Source: Paragordius varius | Taxonomy: Eukaryota; Animalia; Nematomorpha | Assembly: GCA_964247055.1 (NCBI GenBank) | Contig: OZ176057.1 | Location: 4,526,001 to 4,590,000 of the forward strand | DNA: 64,000 nt | Direction of reading: 5' to 3' | Part shown: positions 51,501 to 63,060 of the stretch, piece by piece | How the letters are laid out: each line of letters begins with the position of its first letter | How positions within the stretch are numbered: the stretch's first letter is position 1 | Notes under the pieces: model-generated | Databases searched by the model: none | The model's input: only the letters and a program-made list of their open reading frames with translations | What the model was told of the DNA's origin: nothing | Position numbers and translations under genes: made by a program

Positions 51501-53074
51501 TTTTAGTTTGTTGTAACGTAGTTTTGATACTGTGTTAACTGGGTGATGTGATAAGGTAATATTAAGATCTGCGATTACCAACTTGTGTTGCAATTGCAGA
51601 TCGGGGATTGTAATATTTGTAAAAATGTTTTTTAAAGAATAGCTTGACATAATCAAATCGATGGCAGTGCTTGATTTGCCTGAAACATAAGTGGAATATT
51701 TAGATGTGTCCTTTTTAAAGAAGGTATTAATTATTGTTAAATTGTTATTTGTTGCAAAGTCAAGAATACATTTACCATTTTCATTAAGGGAATTAAGATT
51801 GAATCCTACGTGTACATTTGGGATAGGCAAATTGCCGATATGACCATTAAGGTCTCCAGAAAGAATTAATTTTTCATTTTCAGGGATTCCATTTGAAATT
51901 TGATATAGAGTTGACCAAAACGCATCGGATACTTCAGAGATTGTACCAGAGACCGGTGCGTATAATGAGAATATATTGTAGATATAATTATTGATTTTTA
52001 TTTTTACGAACATAATACGCTCGTTAATATAATGAGTTGAAATAATATTAGATTTTAAACGTTGCGCGATAAAAATGGCGACTCCCGCCTTTTTTCTTTT
52101 GTCTGAGTTACCACACCAAATTAAATGAAAATTTCTAACAGTTTTGGTACCTTGCCCTTTCCATTTGATTTCCTGAATTGAACATATATCCACTTTTCTT
52201 TCATAAAGTCTAGAGGCTATTTCTTCTGATCTCGCTGTCAGTGTATTAACATTCCAAGTCGCTATCCGGAATTTCAATTTTTCACCAAATTTTTTGCGCG
52301 AGGATGGCATTCCTTTCCGCAACCTCCCCAACGGGAGGAAAATGTGTATTAGAAGAAGAAGGTGGGGAAAAAAATAAGTTCAAATAGATTTAAAAGTTTA
52401 CAGCTGTTTAAACGAACGAAATTAATATATTCAAATTTGCTGCTATAATATTTTAAAAGTTTTTCAAGGTAATTATTTATATTTTTGATGATTTTTTTTA
52501 AATATTTAAATTTTTAAAATCATTCATTTAAAAAAAACCAATGCATATTTTAGTTTGAAATTTAAAGTAGACTCATCAAGATCGCTCTTGGTTACAAAGG
52601 TCAATTCAATAAATTTTACATTTCATCCATGCTCCATAACCAATTTTTCCAACAAATATTTGTCTAATGAAAAATTTCAATTTTATGTACATATTAAGCA
52701 AAGAGTACCTTAATAGGTAAGACTTATAAAATAATAGTTTAATCCATACATTTAAATTTGAATAAATGTTATCAGCATATTTATCGGCAATGTATTGCGG
52801 TGAAATAAATAAATCTCCCAAATCATTTGTGTGGGACTTCTGTACAAATTATATTTAAAAAAACTTTGGAGAAGGGAAAACTTAAAATATCAGTGGGACC
52901 ATCAATATTTCTATAGTTTTTGTTGAGAAGTTGAATACGTTTATTATCTAAAAATATGATAGAAAGATCTTTGTTTTCAACGCAAGCAGCTTTTCGTATG
53001 TTACATATATCTTTGGTAATTAATTTCAAATCGAATTTAACAATTTTTTGAGCATTTTTAATGTACAGAGACAT
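48528..53074 (-). CDS. YBEY: Endoribonuclease YbeY homolog (146 aa, 3 exons)
   Basis: Exons 52865-53074, 52750-52839, 48528-48668, all phase 0. [10 protein letters not shown] start, [28 protein letters not shown], and the Zn-binding H-x3-H-x5-H motif [11 protein letters not shown] in exon 3. Confidence 0.95.
49300..52370 (-). mobile_element. RTE-type non-LTR retrotransposon in YBEY intron 2, single ORF
   Basis: A 977-aa ORF with APE endonuclease and RT. The C-terminal AQDRCSWR motif continues after a frameshift, and the 3' end is GGGAAAAAAACCCTTAAA-like. No TSD identified, so the ends are approximate. Confidence 0.92.
49398..52331 (-). CDS. LINE ORF: APE endonuclease + reverse transcriptase + PHD-type Zn finger
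   Basis: [31 protein letters not shown] (APE); [39 protein letters not shown] (RT); C-x2-C..C-x2-C-x4-H-x2-C..C-x2-C finger at 49968-50096; FTYLGDII. Confidence 0.95.
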   Translation of the reverse strand: MGRLRKGMPSSRKKFGEKLKFRIATWNVNTLTARSEEIASRLYERKVDICSIQEIKWKGQGTKTVRNFHLIWCGNSDKRKKAGVAIFIAQRLKSNIISTHYINERIMFVKIKINNYIYNIFSLYAPVSGTISEVSDAFWSTLYQISNGIPENEKLILSGDLNGHIGNLPIPNVHVGFNLNSLNENGKCILDFATNNNLTIINTFFKKDTSKYSTYVSGKSSTAIDLIMSSYSLKNIFTNITIPDLQLQHKLVIADLNITLSHHPVNTVSKLRYNKLKHPSTVEAYKKLVSDKVSNSDSINWSTFRQLCVDSLEKVAGRCKKVNNIKFKWWWDVAIKDCIKLKKLAFKKWKAEKTVESKLEYSIEKKKCRKTIREMMSKKGHEEGLKMDAQVKSQSIYKSIKDSSSTLSKQAIKLPDNSISYDPIIIKQTLRNHFYKIFNTNDSNAFIPCSTPVLSCAEQFTEIDIEKGIRYMKRNKASGPSEFTVEMISALDLKLSTPILCNIFNSIINDNITPNEWNNSLIIPLYKGKGDRLNPDSYRPIKLLEHGMKLFELILLNKLKDRIDINEMQCGFLPNKGTTDAIFILRQLQQAHLRNSPLFYAFIDLEKAFDSVPRTLIPWALRNKGIDEWMVKSIMSLYTECKAQVATSIGHSDSLSINSGLHQGSLLSPFLFITIMDEISKPLEQGLPYNILYADDLVLMANSEVQLKTNLARWKERLEMFGLKVNVSKTKLMNDNNKYNPIKWPCSICNKEVKTNAIQCLKCKKWVHKKCSQLKSLKLHHDFICSNCTTPNPTKPPQSVRNEESFETVQSFTYLGDIISAGGGLEPTINNRIKNAWSKYHQLKSIINNKYISFKSKSTMYTTTIRPVLIYATEAIALTKTNSLKLQQAERRILKTILYATNPNLYNYNNKFDPYTVLQMTPLIDCLRTNRLRFAGHVHRRPHESWLYRMVNFSTSLRNRKGRPLQSFLLWKTIWLF

Positions 53075-53431
53075 CAGCCATTTCTTTCGAAAATATCAGG
53101 TAAAATGAATAAATGGTTATGTAATATGACATATGGAAAAGTAAATAAATCTTTAAAAATTATTTTAAATTACTTACTGTTTTAATTAGAATAATTGCAA
53201 TTTTATTATCAATATTGTTCTCATGTAATTGTTTAAAAGACTTATATGACAGTTTATAAACTTTCGAATATAAAATAGGACAAACACGATTAAATAGAAC
53301 TAATTTAAAACAATATTAAGTTATAGCTGTTGAGATGAAATATAATTAATAATTATTTACCTTCTAACCATAATATGCATTTATTTGCCTAATGTTATAG
53401 CCTAAAGAAAAATAGGAAAGGCTTGGAAATT

Positions 53432-53967
53432 TTTTATAATTTTACATTACGTTTTCAAAAATTTACAATATGCCCCTGAGAGTCTAAAAAAATATTTTCG
53501 TTTTAATGCCTTGATTTTTAAGACATTTAAGTTTAAATTGCTCTTGGAAAGCATTGTCGAAGCTAAAAAGGTTTAATAATACATATATTGCGGAATTTAA
53601 TTTTAGCAAAAATACTACAAACATAAAATTAACATAATTACTTTTTTAATTTTTTGTATAAACTTTTTTTTAGGGTAGTTTTATCCTAAGCTTAAAATAT
53701 TTTTATAATTTTACATTATGTTTTCAAAAATTTACAATATGCCCCTGAAAGTCTAAAAAAATATTTTCGTTTTAATGCCTTGATTTTTAAGACATTTAAG
53801 TTTAAATTGCTCTTGGAAAGCATTGACGAAGCTAAAAACGTTTAATAATACATATATTGCGGAATTTAATTTTAGCAAAAATACTACAAACATAAAATTA
53901 ACATAATTACTTTTTTAATTTTATGTATATACTCTTATTTTAGGGTAGTTTTATCCTAAGCTTAAAA
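53432..53967. repeat. 269-bp near-perfect tandem duplication
   Basis: TTTTATAATTTTACATTA(C/T)GTTTTCAAAAATTTACAATATGCCCCTG starts at 53432 and again at 53701. Confidence 0.9.
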
Positions 53968-54016
53968 TAGACTATTTTAAGTTCTTTCATACAAGGTGTC
54001 CATAAAAAAATTGAGA

Positions 54017-54060
<44 letters not shown>

Positions 54061-55597
54061 TGAAAAATATCGGGTTTACTATGCTTTTGGTTTTGGCACA
54101 TATAATCTAAGACATCTACACTTTTGTGGTACATCCATATAAAACATGGCAAAATTCGTGTACATGTTAAATTTATTTAGTGATAACTAAATGCTTTATT
54201 TCAAAAAATATTACTATTATCATAAAATTTAGACATACTAGATCACCTCCAAAAGTCGTAATGTTTTCTAAAATGGGTTAGTTCTCTAATGTAAAAATGG
54301 CGCGATTGCCCAATAAAAAACTTAAATATATGTAAAGTTTGAGATCAATAGATTTTATATATTTTGCGAAAATTATTTATACAGCAAAATTTTCTTAAAG
54401 CTTACTTCATACTATATGAAAAAACAGTTTTTCATAATATTATGCAGTTAAATATTTACATCTAGGATTTACTTCGTTTGCTTATAAAATTGATTTAATT
54501 GTTAAAAATATTTTATACCACAAACATTTTAAAGATGAAAGAAGGTTAAAAAATTTTCAGCAATATCTAATTCTATAAAATAGACATATGTGCAATATAT
54601 TAGTCACTTGCTGATGGCACTTAAACCCTTATGTGGGAACTAAGATTCTCTTATACTTTCTAAGAAATAAAAGTTGATATTAAAAATGATAAACATATGT
54701 TTGGCCGTCAATTTAAATAGGGTTCAAGACTACATTAGTACAAAATTGCTATACTCGGGGATCGTGTCACGCTTTGTGTCCTACAGTGGCTATTTTATCA
54801 CGATTGAAACACCCAAAAGACTTTAGCTATAAAATTGGTTCCGATTAACTAAAATATTGGCCTAAAACGTTTAAGAGAAGGGTTTATTATCAGGTGGTAG
54901 AATTTGATGCACAAATCCTGGAAACTGATGAAACTGAATCTATGAATCAACATATTTTGTGCATTGAATTTTTAATATAATATACCTCATTCGCATTTTA
55001 GTTTTTTCACCTTTTATACTCAAATTTATTTACAAATTTAAATTTATAATATCTCATGAATAGCTTTTAAAAAAATTTATATTTGAAAATTAAATTATTC
55101 CCTTTGAAAGCATTTTTTTAGGGAATCCATAATGGTTTAATTTGTGATTAATTATTTTGATAAACTTAAAGCTGAATCTCGGTGAAAACAAGGAATAAAA
55201 GGACTTAAGAAACTCAAATTAATAGTAGAATTATTGACGATCAACCTAAATTTTATTTCCATTTTAAGAGATATTATATTCGATTTAAATATTATAAGGT
55301 TACCAACATTATATAATTTCAGAACCAAAAAGAGTTTTATTTATTGGTAAAATATAAATAATTGAGTTACATTACAGCTTATACTCTATAAAATTTGTTC
55401 GAATAACTATTACATTAAAGATATATTATAGGGTAAAAAAAAGTCTAAGGGAAGTAATATACTTTGTTTTATGGCTTAAATAAAGTGGGAACCAAATTAT
55501 TCATGCTGCAAACATAGGAATGTTAACCAAAAACCCAAAATTATTTTTATAAAAAAAATTTGTAGAAATGTTTTATATAAAATGTGTGGAGCACAAA

Positions 55598-55955
55598 TTA
55601 ATCATCATCTTGAGTGGTCCTTCGCCTTGAATTTCGATCATTGGAAGTCCTTCTTGCTTGAGTCCTGCGGCGTCGAGCAGATGGAGTTGAACGCCTCCTT
55701 TTAGTGGTGCGGTTATCATCGTCACTATCATCATCATCATTGGTGTCTCTTTTGAGGCGATTAGGGGAAATTATTAGCTCATACTCCAAATCATCAAAAT
55801 TAGCTATTGATTTTAATTCTCGATTCCCTCCTTTAAACAATTGAAATTTTACAAATAATAATGAGGAGAAAACACGGAAAAATACCTTGAACCGAATTAT
55901 ATTGTACTATGAATAATGCCACAATTGTTAAAGCATAAAAAAATTTAAGCTCCAT
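55598..55955 (-). CDS. Orphan small secreted precursor protein (100 aa): signal peptide, RLKR site, acidic then Arg-rich tail
   Basis: Exon 1 55886-55955 (MELKFFYALTIVALFIVQYNSVQ-G) joins through a 55-nt GT..AG intron in phase 1 to exon 2 55598-55830, which matches ORF-track 55598..55840. The region is locally GC-richer than its flanks. Confidence 0.75.
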
Positions 55956-56544
55956 TTTTTCAAAAAAAGTTAATTATAAAATGGTATTGTATCGAAATGA
56001 TCATTTATCATAAATGTTAAATGGTGCCAAAAAATACGCTACATTATATGTCATTACAGTCAAAACAAAGTTTTTTGGCGTTGCGCATTAATTACATCCA
56101 CGATAATTATCCTTTCAAATAGGTATTTTATTTTACTAAAATTTAGATTTTTTTTATGTTAAATAAAAAATCACGTGAAAATTATTGTAACCGGTATTAT
56201 ATTGGATGTTTCGCTGATGGATATAAAATATTATTTGCATAATTATTTGGCCTACATTATAAATATTATTCATATATATATCTTTAATACACTACAAATT
56301 AGCTACTAGGAGAAAATTGTTTGTTATTTAAAAAAAATACATAATCAATATTTTTATCTTAAAATAAAACATTTTGTCCACAGGTAAAAGTTAATTCAAA
56401 CTCAGCATTGCCAATCCACACTAACGTATCCGAAGTTAAATATATGGGCATTTCAATTTAAAATAGGAACATTATGAATTTACAAAAATAAAATATATCT
56501 TAGATTGATTGCACTAATCTAACCTAAGTTACATGCAAGATTTA

Positions 56545-57578
56545 GGGTCGGGTGATAAAAAAATTTTTTTGACTTGACTTGCAAGTTTTTCAAGTCATGG
56601 CTTGCTTTCATGTGATAAAAAAAATTTAACATTACACGACTTAAGTCAAACAAGAAAACTTGATATGGAGGTGATAAAAAATCATATGATCAAGTAAAAC
56701 TTAAAGATTTTGCAAGTGTGGTGTAGGGCACACTTGACAGATTTAAAAATATGGATAAAAATTTTTTGGAAACAATTTATGTATAAAATTTAGGTTTTAT
56801 ATGTAATTCAAACCTTTGTTAATGCTATAAGTTGTTAATTTTATAAACTTTGGCTAATTAATTTTTTAATTGGGTGGATATAAAAGAGGATAAATTTATA
56901 GAAAAACTCTGCTAATATTTAATAACACGGCACATAAAAATATGCTAAATATATCGATTCCGTGACCGCAAAAAAATTGGATTCTAGAAAATTTCTTTAA
57001 ATTAATAATTAAATATTAATCTTGTAAAATTTCAAATCTTCATTTAGAAGCAAAACTTCACTAAAAACCAATGTAAAGAATTTATTTCATCATAAATTTA
57101 TTTCGAATGTAATGTTTATAATCAATTAAAAATAATTATGTTATATTGTATCAACATCTTCCCATTATATTTGCAACTGGACTCCAAACAAAAGTAGTGT
57201 GGTAAAATAATGGAAAGTGTTTTAAGGGCGAATGGTTTCATCAATCTAAAAATTATTACCAGGCTCAAAATTTAGAAAACTCTATATATTAAATAAGATA
57301 CGTGCCAGTGAGTTTGAAAAACTTCAATAAATGCATATTGTTTTTATTGTTTATCTTTTTGTGCCTTATTTCATAAATTTTAGCTGAAAATGATCAAAAA
57401 AGTTTCCATAAAATTCGAATCGGGTGGCAAAAAACTGTTACATTCATAAACAAAAGACTTGACTTAAGTGTTTTTTTTATCACCGATCTTCAAGTGTACA
57501 CTTGCTGGCCTAAGTAATCTTGCTCAACTTGCCACGCTTGGCTTACAAGTCAAGTACGACTTTTTTATCACCCGACCC
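56545..57578 (-). mobile_element. Intact non-autonomous Harbinger MITE (1034 bp)
   Basis: TIR GGGTCGGGTGATAAAA..TTTTATCACCCGACCC with canonical TTA TSD (56542-44 and 57579-81). The termini match the 16384-19808 element; no ORF. Confidence 0.92.
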
Positions 57579-60289
57579 TTAATGTCACGCTGTGTCATTG
57601 GGCCTAATATTTAAAGCTGTAAGTTTTAACATCGGAACAAATTAATTAATCATAATTATTTTTTTAAACAATATAAATTTGTTTTTTATTGTCTGATAAT
57701 ATTATTGGTGCCATATTCCTTGATTTTATACGTATTAGGTAATTAAAAGCAAAATATAATCTTGATAAATGAAAGTTTCGTTAAGAATGTTGATTTAAGC
57801 AGTTTAGTTCCTATATCGCACCTTATGAATGATGATTTAATTCTAATTACTTATTAATGTGAAATGCTAAATTCTTTTATTTTATAAATTTGTAATTTCG
57901 ATACGCATTTTTCCGTATCGCGGATCATGTTTGTTATATCCTCTTCAAAGTGTTTGACTTAGAATTATAAACTCTAAAATAACGACAGATAATTTTTATG
58001 CAAAATTGTTAGTTTTTTTCATACCTGAGAAAAAAAGTTCATTTGAGGAACGGAAACAAGAGGAAAAATAGACAAAGTGAATTAAATGAAAAAACCAAAG
58101 TTGGGGAATAGTTTAAATATCTGCAAAAGAGTTAGCTGATAATGACAAATAAATGGTTTTAATAATACGACAGACAGTTTTACATGGCCACTCCATGTAT
58201 TTATTACATAACCAAACAGGCTATATAAGTCCACAAAATGGAAAAACAAGCTAAAGGTTGATTCGCTTAGCTGAGTTTCTCTTTTAAAAAAATTAGTCTA
58301 TTTTTTTTAAAAAAAACGCTCTATACAGATAAACACCTGTAAGAAACCAAATATAAATTGAATAATTATTGGATGAATTGGATACCAAAATGAATGTGGA
58401 GCTATTGGGCACTGTTTTATTGGTAAGGCTTAATTTACGATTTTGAGACTGTATTAGGTCCTGAAAACGCAAAGAAGGGTTTCGGTACTTATGATATAAT
58501 CGTATTAATATATATATGAGCTTAGGTTATTTTAACTGTCTCCTTTGTTGTTGTCAGTATCAAATATAGTATGTTTAAAATGTATTTAAAAATTTATTAG
58601 CAAAATTTTGTTGAAACTTACTTTTTGCTACTTCCAAGCCTGGAAAAAGTGTAAAAACGCTTTAAAATATTAAACATGTTTTCAATGGAATTTGAGGATG
58701 GTTATCATGTCTAATACCTCAGAAGTTTACTTTAAAGGTTCGTTAGCGTTTAAGTTTAGGTGTTTTGAATGAAAACAATTTATATTTAACATAGATTTAA
58801 AGGCGAGCAAACGAATATTTCATACATAATTCTGATTGATAGAAATGTTAGCATCATTAAATCATAAGGAGGTGTATTATAATATTTAAAGCGTTTTTAA
58901 ACCGATTTATTATGCCTCATAATAGTATGAATTAGGCTTTAACAAAATTTAGGTCAATTAATTTTTTAATTATCAATTTTTTAATGCTTTTTTCAATGTC
59001 AAAATTTAACATAGTTATAAAATTTTCATCGCTCAATCCCGGCATTTTTGCGTTTAACAAGCTCATTTTAGAGGAGCAAAAAATTGTTTGGAGCCCACTT
59101 AATTTTCTTGGTAAAAGGAGCAAAGTTGAGAGGTTGATTGATGATAGCAACTTTTTAGCTGTTAGTAAATTTAAAATTAGCTGGGTAAGCACCGAAATTC
59201 AATTTATTATCTGTTTATAAATTAATTTTTAGGTTAAGAGCCATAATATTCTTCAACATATTTCGTTTAGATTTGTATAAACTTCTAGAGATACAATATT
59301 TAACATAAAAAATGAAATAAAATCTGAGTAATGAAACAACAAATTAAAATTATTTTTTCAATTTTTGTCGTATTTGCATTTAAGTATGCATTTTAATGGT
59401 TGCCAATTTCACACTATTGTTGGGCAATTTGCAATACAGTGTATAGTGTATGGAAAAACGTTACAAAATGCTCGAATAAACAATTTTTAATGTCTTACAT
59501 TATTGATTTATGTTAATCAATGTTTAGTTGTTTTACCAAGCATTTTATGTTGCAAATTGCCCCACGATAGTGTGAAGTAACAAACTATTAAAATACGGTA
59601 ATTTTTATGTAAATAAACATAATGTTATATAAATGACAGGGTAATAATCAGATAGCCAAGAAGAACTATCTCCTGGAAATTTAATTTTTGGTAAAAATAA
59701 AGAAAAAAAGATTTAAGTTTATATGGTTAATTATTGCTATAAATATGGTGAGATTATTAAAATTAAAGAAATGGCATTGGAAATAAAAATTATAAAAAAC
59801 AGATTCAAGTTAAATGGTGAGATTAGTAAAATTAAAGGAATGGAATTGAAAATTAATAATGGAAAAATTTAATAAACTTATTTGTTTCCAAACAATCGAT
59901 TCGATATAAGGATCTAGCTACCCTAAAATAATTTTGTTATAAAAAAAATAAAGTTATATTAATTTATTTCAACTGTTGCTGTTCAAAAATAAAATAAATT
60001 AATATATAAAAAGCAAAGATGTCTTGATTGCAAAAGAAAAATACAATGTTGTATAAATGTCATAGGAGTATTGCACTAATAACATATATAAAATAGTAAA
60101 AATTGAATTGTACAAAAAAAACGTAAAAACATAAAAACAATAATTTTTTTAAAGTTATATTTCTTTCTTTTATAAATCATTGAATTACGATTGTAAAATA
60201 CATGATTAAATATCATTTCTATTTCATAATTCGCAATTTTTAACATGAGTAACAGTATGAGTAAGTATACATTACTAGAAAGTTATTAA

Positions 60290-60838
60290 CACTTCGATTC
60301 AAATTGGATTATCTAAATACCCCAGACTAAATTTAAATTAATATTTTAAAAAAACTACTGAAGGAAACGGTCAATTTAAATTTATGCTTCTAATCTAATA
60401 AAAATTATATAAATATGCCAAAATATCTTTATAAAATTTTATTTTGATAAAAAAGTTCTATCTCAAACTACTTCGACGCCATTTTTATTTCACAAAATTT
60501 TAGCAAAATATCGTTTTAATTTCCTTTTAAGGGTAAAAAAGCTATTTTTTTATATAAATTACATCTAACATTGATAGAAATAGAAAAAGCGGTTTATTTT
60601 GTATTATTTTTTAATTTTACAATTTGACACATGTCACGTTAAGGAAATTTTTACCCTCAAAATAAGTAATATCAAGTATTTTTGAATAAATTTTTTATAT
60701 ATTTCTGTTTTTTAATGTTATATAAGTGCAAAATTTTGCAATGGTTTCGATTCCTTCCATACTTTTTAAACAGGCCTGGGGTATCCAACCACCCCAATTT
60801 GAATCAAAGGACTAAAATGAGTGTGTTGTATCCAAGTG
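60290..60838 (-). mobile_element. piggyBac-type MITE (TTAA TSD) nested in a TA-flanked MITE
   Basis: TTAA|CACTTCGATTC...ATCCAAGTG|TTAA; the host MITE arms lie at 60253-60285 and 60843-60955. Confidence 0.87.
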
Positions 60839-61369
60839 TTAATTATTGCCAAATAGTAAATAGAACAATACAGATTCATTGGCTAATAATAGCAAAAAAA
60901 CTATATATTTGGCAATAATTAATAACTTTTTAGCAATGTATACTTACTCATACTGTATATTATAAAAAAACAAGATAAAAAGTACAACGGCCTCTTAAAA
61001 TAAAAATATTTGTCTTTATATTTTTACGTTTTGTCCGTACTATTTCAATTTTTACTGGATATACTGTATGAGTAAGTATATATTGCTAGAAAAAGTTATT
61101 TATTATTGTCAAATAGCATAAGCAGTAAAGAGAATCGATATTGATAAATAATAGTAAAAAGTGAAAAATAACCATAAGCCAAAAATATTGCCCTTTGTTT
61201 TAAATGCTATTTGGCAATAATGTATAACTTTTTACAATATATACTTACTCATACTGTATATTGAGATTACATTGTTTTGTATGGATAAAAAAAATATATA
61301 AATGTAAATTCTTTGGTGATTATTGAAAATATTGTTGCATTGTCAGTTAAATCTCTCTCTCTTGCAAAA

Positions 61370-63060
61370 TCAAATCTCAAATGCACTAAATACAGGCTAA
61401 ATTGAAAGTTATAAATTATAAAAACGTAATGAAAAATTGGTCTTTTTATTAAATTTTATTCTTATTATATTACCTTATGATCACCCATACAAATATTCCA
61501 ACCAACGACGCCATATTGTGCATTTTTCTATAAAGATGAAATATTGAACATATTGTATACATTTTTTATGAAAAATTTTTGAAATTAAATTTAACTTAAC
61601 GAATTCCAAAGAATTTGAAGCTTAAAAAACGATTTTTGAAGTTAGGAATTTGGTTATTATTTAAAAAACAAAAAAACTTTTAATTTTTATTTTCAGACGA
61701 TCCCAAACAGATACACATTATATTTTATAATATCTTTTACGCGTTTTTTTTAGATATCGATTTGATTCAATTATTGTAAGTTTTAATATAAATTTGTTTC
61801 AAACTAACCCAACCAAGATTTTATAAAAAAAACTAATTATGTTAATTAAACGAAAATAAAATTTAATTAACCATATGATTTTTAGCGTTTGAGTTAAATA
61901 GGATTCGATCACACCAAGCCGGACATCGTGTTCTCATATATTGCATTGGTCTACTTTCAATTTCATCCATAGGATAACTTTAAATATGCGTGTAATGAAT
62001 TTTTTTATAATATTTAAATCTTCAAGTTTTTACAGTATAAATTAAAATTATACGGATAAAACGTAGCAAATATAAAGACAAAAAATACACTAAAAATATA
62101 TACGGATAAAAGCTAAAAATAGACAAATTTTCTAAAAGACAACCATACTTTTTTAAACCTTAATTAAGCTATTTAAATACAATTGTAAAATATAGAATAA
62201 ATGCCGTTAGTAATATATATATCTATTTCAAACTTTGCAGTTTCAAACGATGAGTTTTATTTAAATAAATCAAGATTTAAAAAGTATGGTTGTCTTTAAA
62301 AAAATATTTATCTCCATATAATTTTAGTTTTGTCCGTATAATTTTAATTTTTAGTGTATATATTTAAACTTACATTTAGTTTTAGTCAAATATTTATTAA
62401 TGTAAATAAATATTTTACAATTATAAATATATATAATACATTTTATAACAATAAATTGAAATATATCATTTACACTATAACACCCTTGAACAATTCAAAT
62501 CCTTAAACAATTCCACCCTAAATAAATTATGTGTTTTTTATGAAATAAATTATGTGTTTTTTATGATTAAAAAATTACTAAATTTGTTAAAAAATAAAAT
62601 ATAGTTTATAATTAAAACAATACTGAAAAATAAACTAAGGCATACGGATATATGTCATTATAAATAATGGGTTATATAAGCCCGAAAATACATAATTTAT
62701 TTTTAGAGTAAATTTGAATTGTTCAGGGGTAAAAAGGAATTTTTCTAGGGTGATTTGAATTGTTTTAGGGTAAATATAAATTGTTCAAGGGTGAATTTGA
62801 ATTGTTCAAGGGTGAATTTGAATTGTTCGAGGGTATATATATTATAAATGGTATATTTATCGGTGTTACGCACCCCAAAGAAACGGGGAAAATAATTAAA
62901 GAATAATATTTAAAATAAACCATTTTTTTTCCAAAAAACAAATTTATTATTTATGGGTTAAATTTAAATTAATAACTTACTTGGGACAAAAGGTAATAGG
63001 TAATTCATGTAATTTTTCTTTGTCCAAAATTGCCAGCACCTCTAAATCAGTATCTAGAAT
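61370..63060 (-). CDS. INPP5A: Type I inositol 1,4,5-trisphosphate 5-phosphatase (INPP5A-like), last four exons; 5' part not found in the window
   Basis: Exons 62981-63060, 61872-61977, 61474-61527, 61370-61396, in phase: ...KLHELPITFCPNYPMDE..QYMRTRCPAWCDRILF..GWNICMGDHKPVFSAFEI*. TRCPAWCDRIL and CMGDHKPV are the INPP5A-family forms of 5-phosphatase motif 2. Confidence 0.92.
62465..62853. mobile_element. MITE family C copy
   Basis: Shared core with 21-mers in both arms, ending ATAAATGGTATA. Confidence 0.78.

Noticed and set aside
52606-52749. YBEY apparently lacking its His triad (ORF-track tail ...[12 protein letters not shown])
   Set aside because: That tail is intron read-through. The real exon 3 with [11 protein letters not shown] lies at 48528-48668, beyond the LINE.
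57900-59220. GC-richer stretch with faint MULE-like words (PCIYYITKQAI, WIPK.MWSYWA)
   Set aside because: Fragments are too short and broken, and no TIR or TSD was found. Probably an old TE; a translated HMM search is needed.
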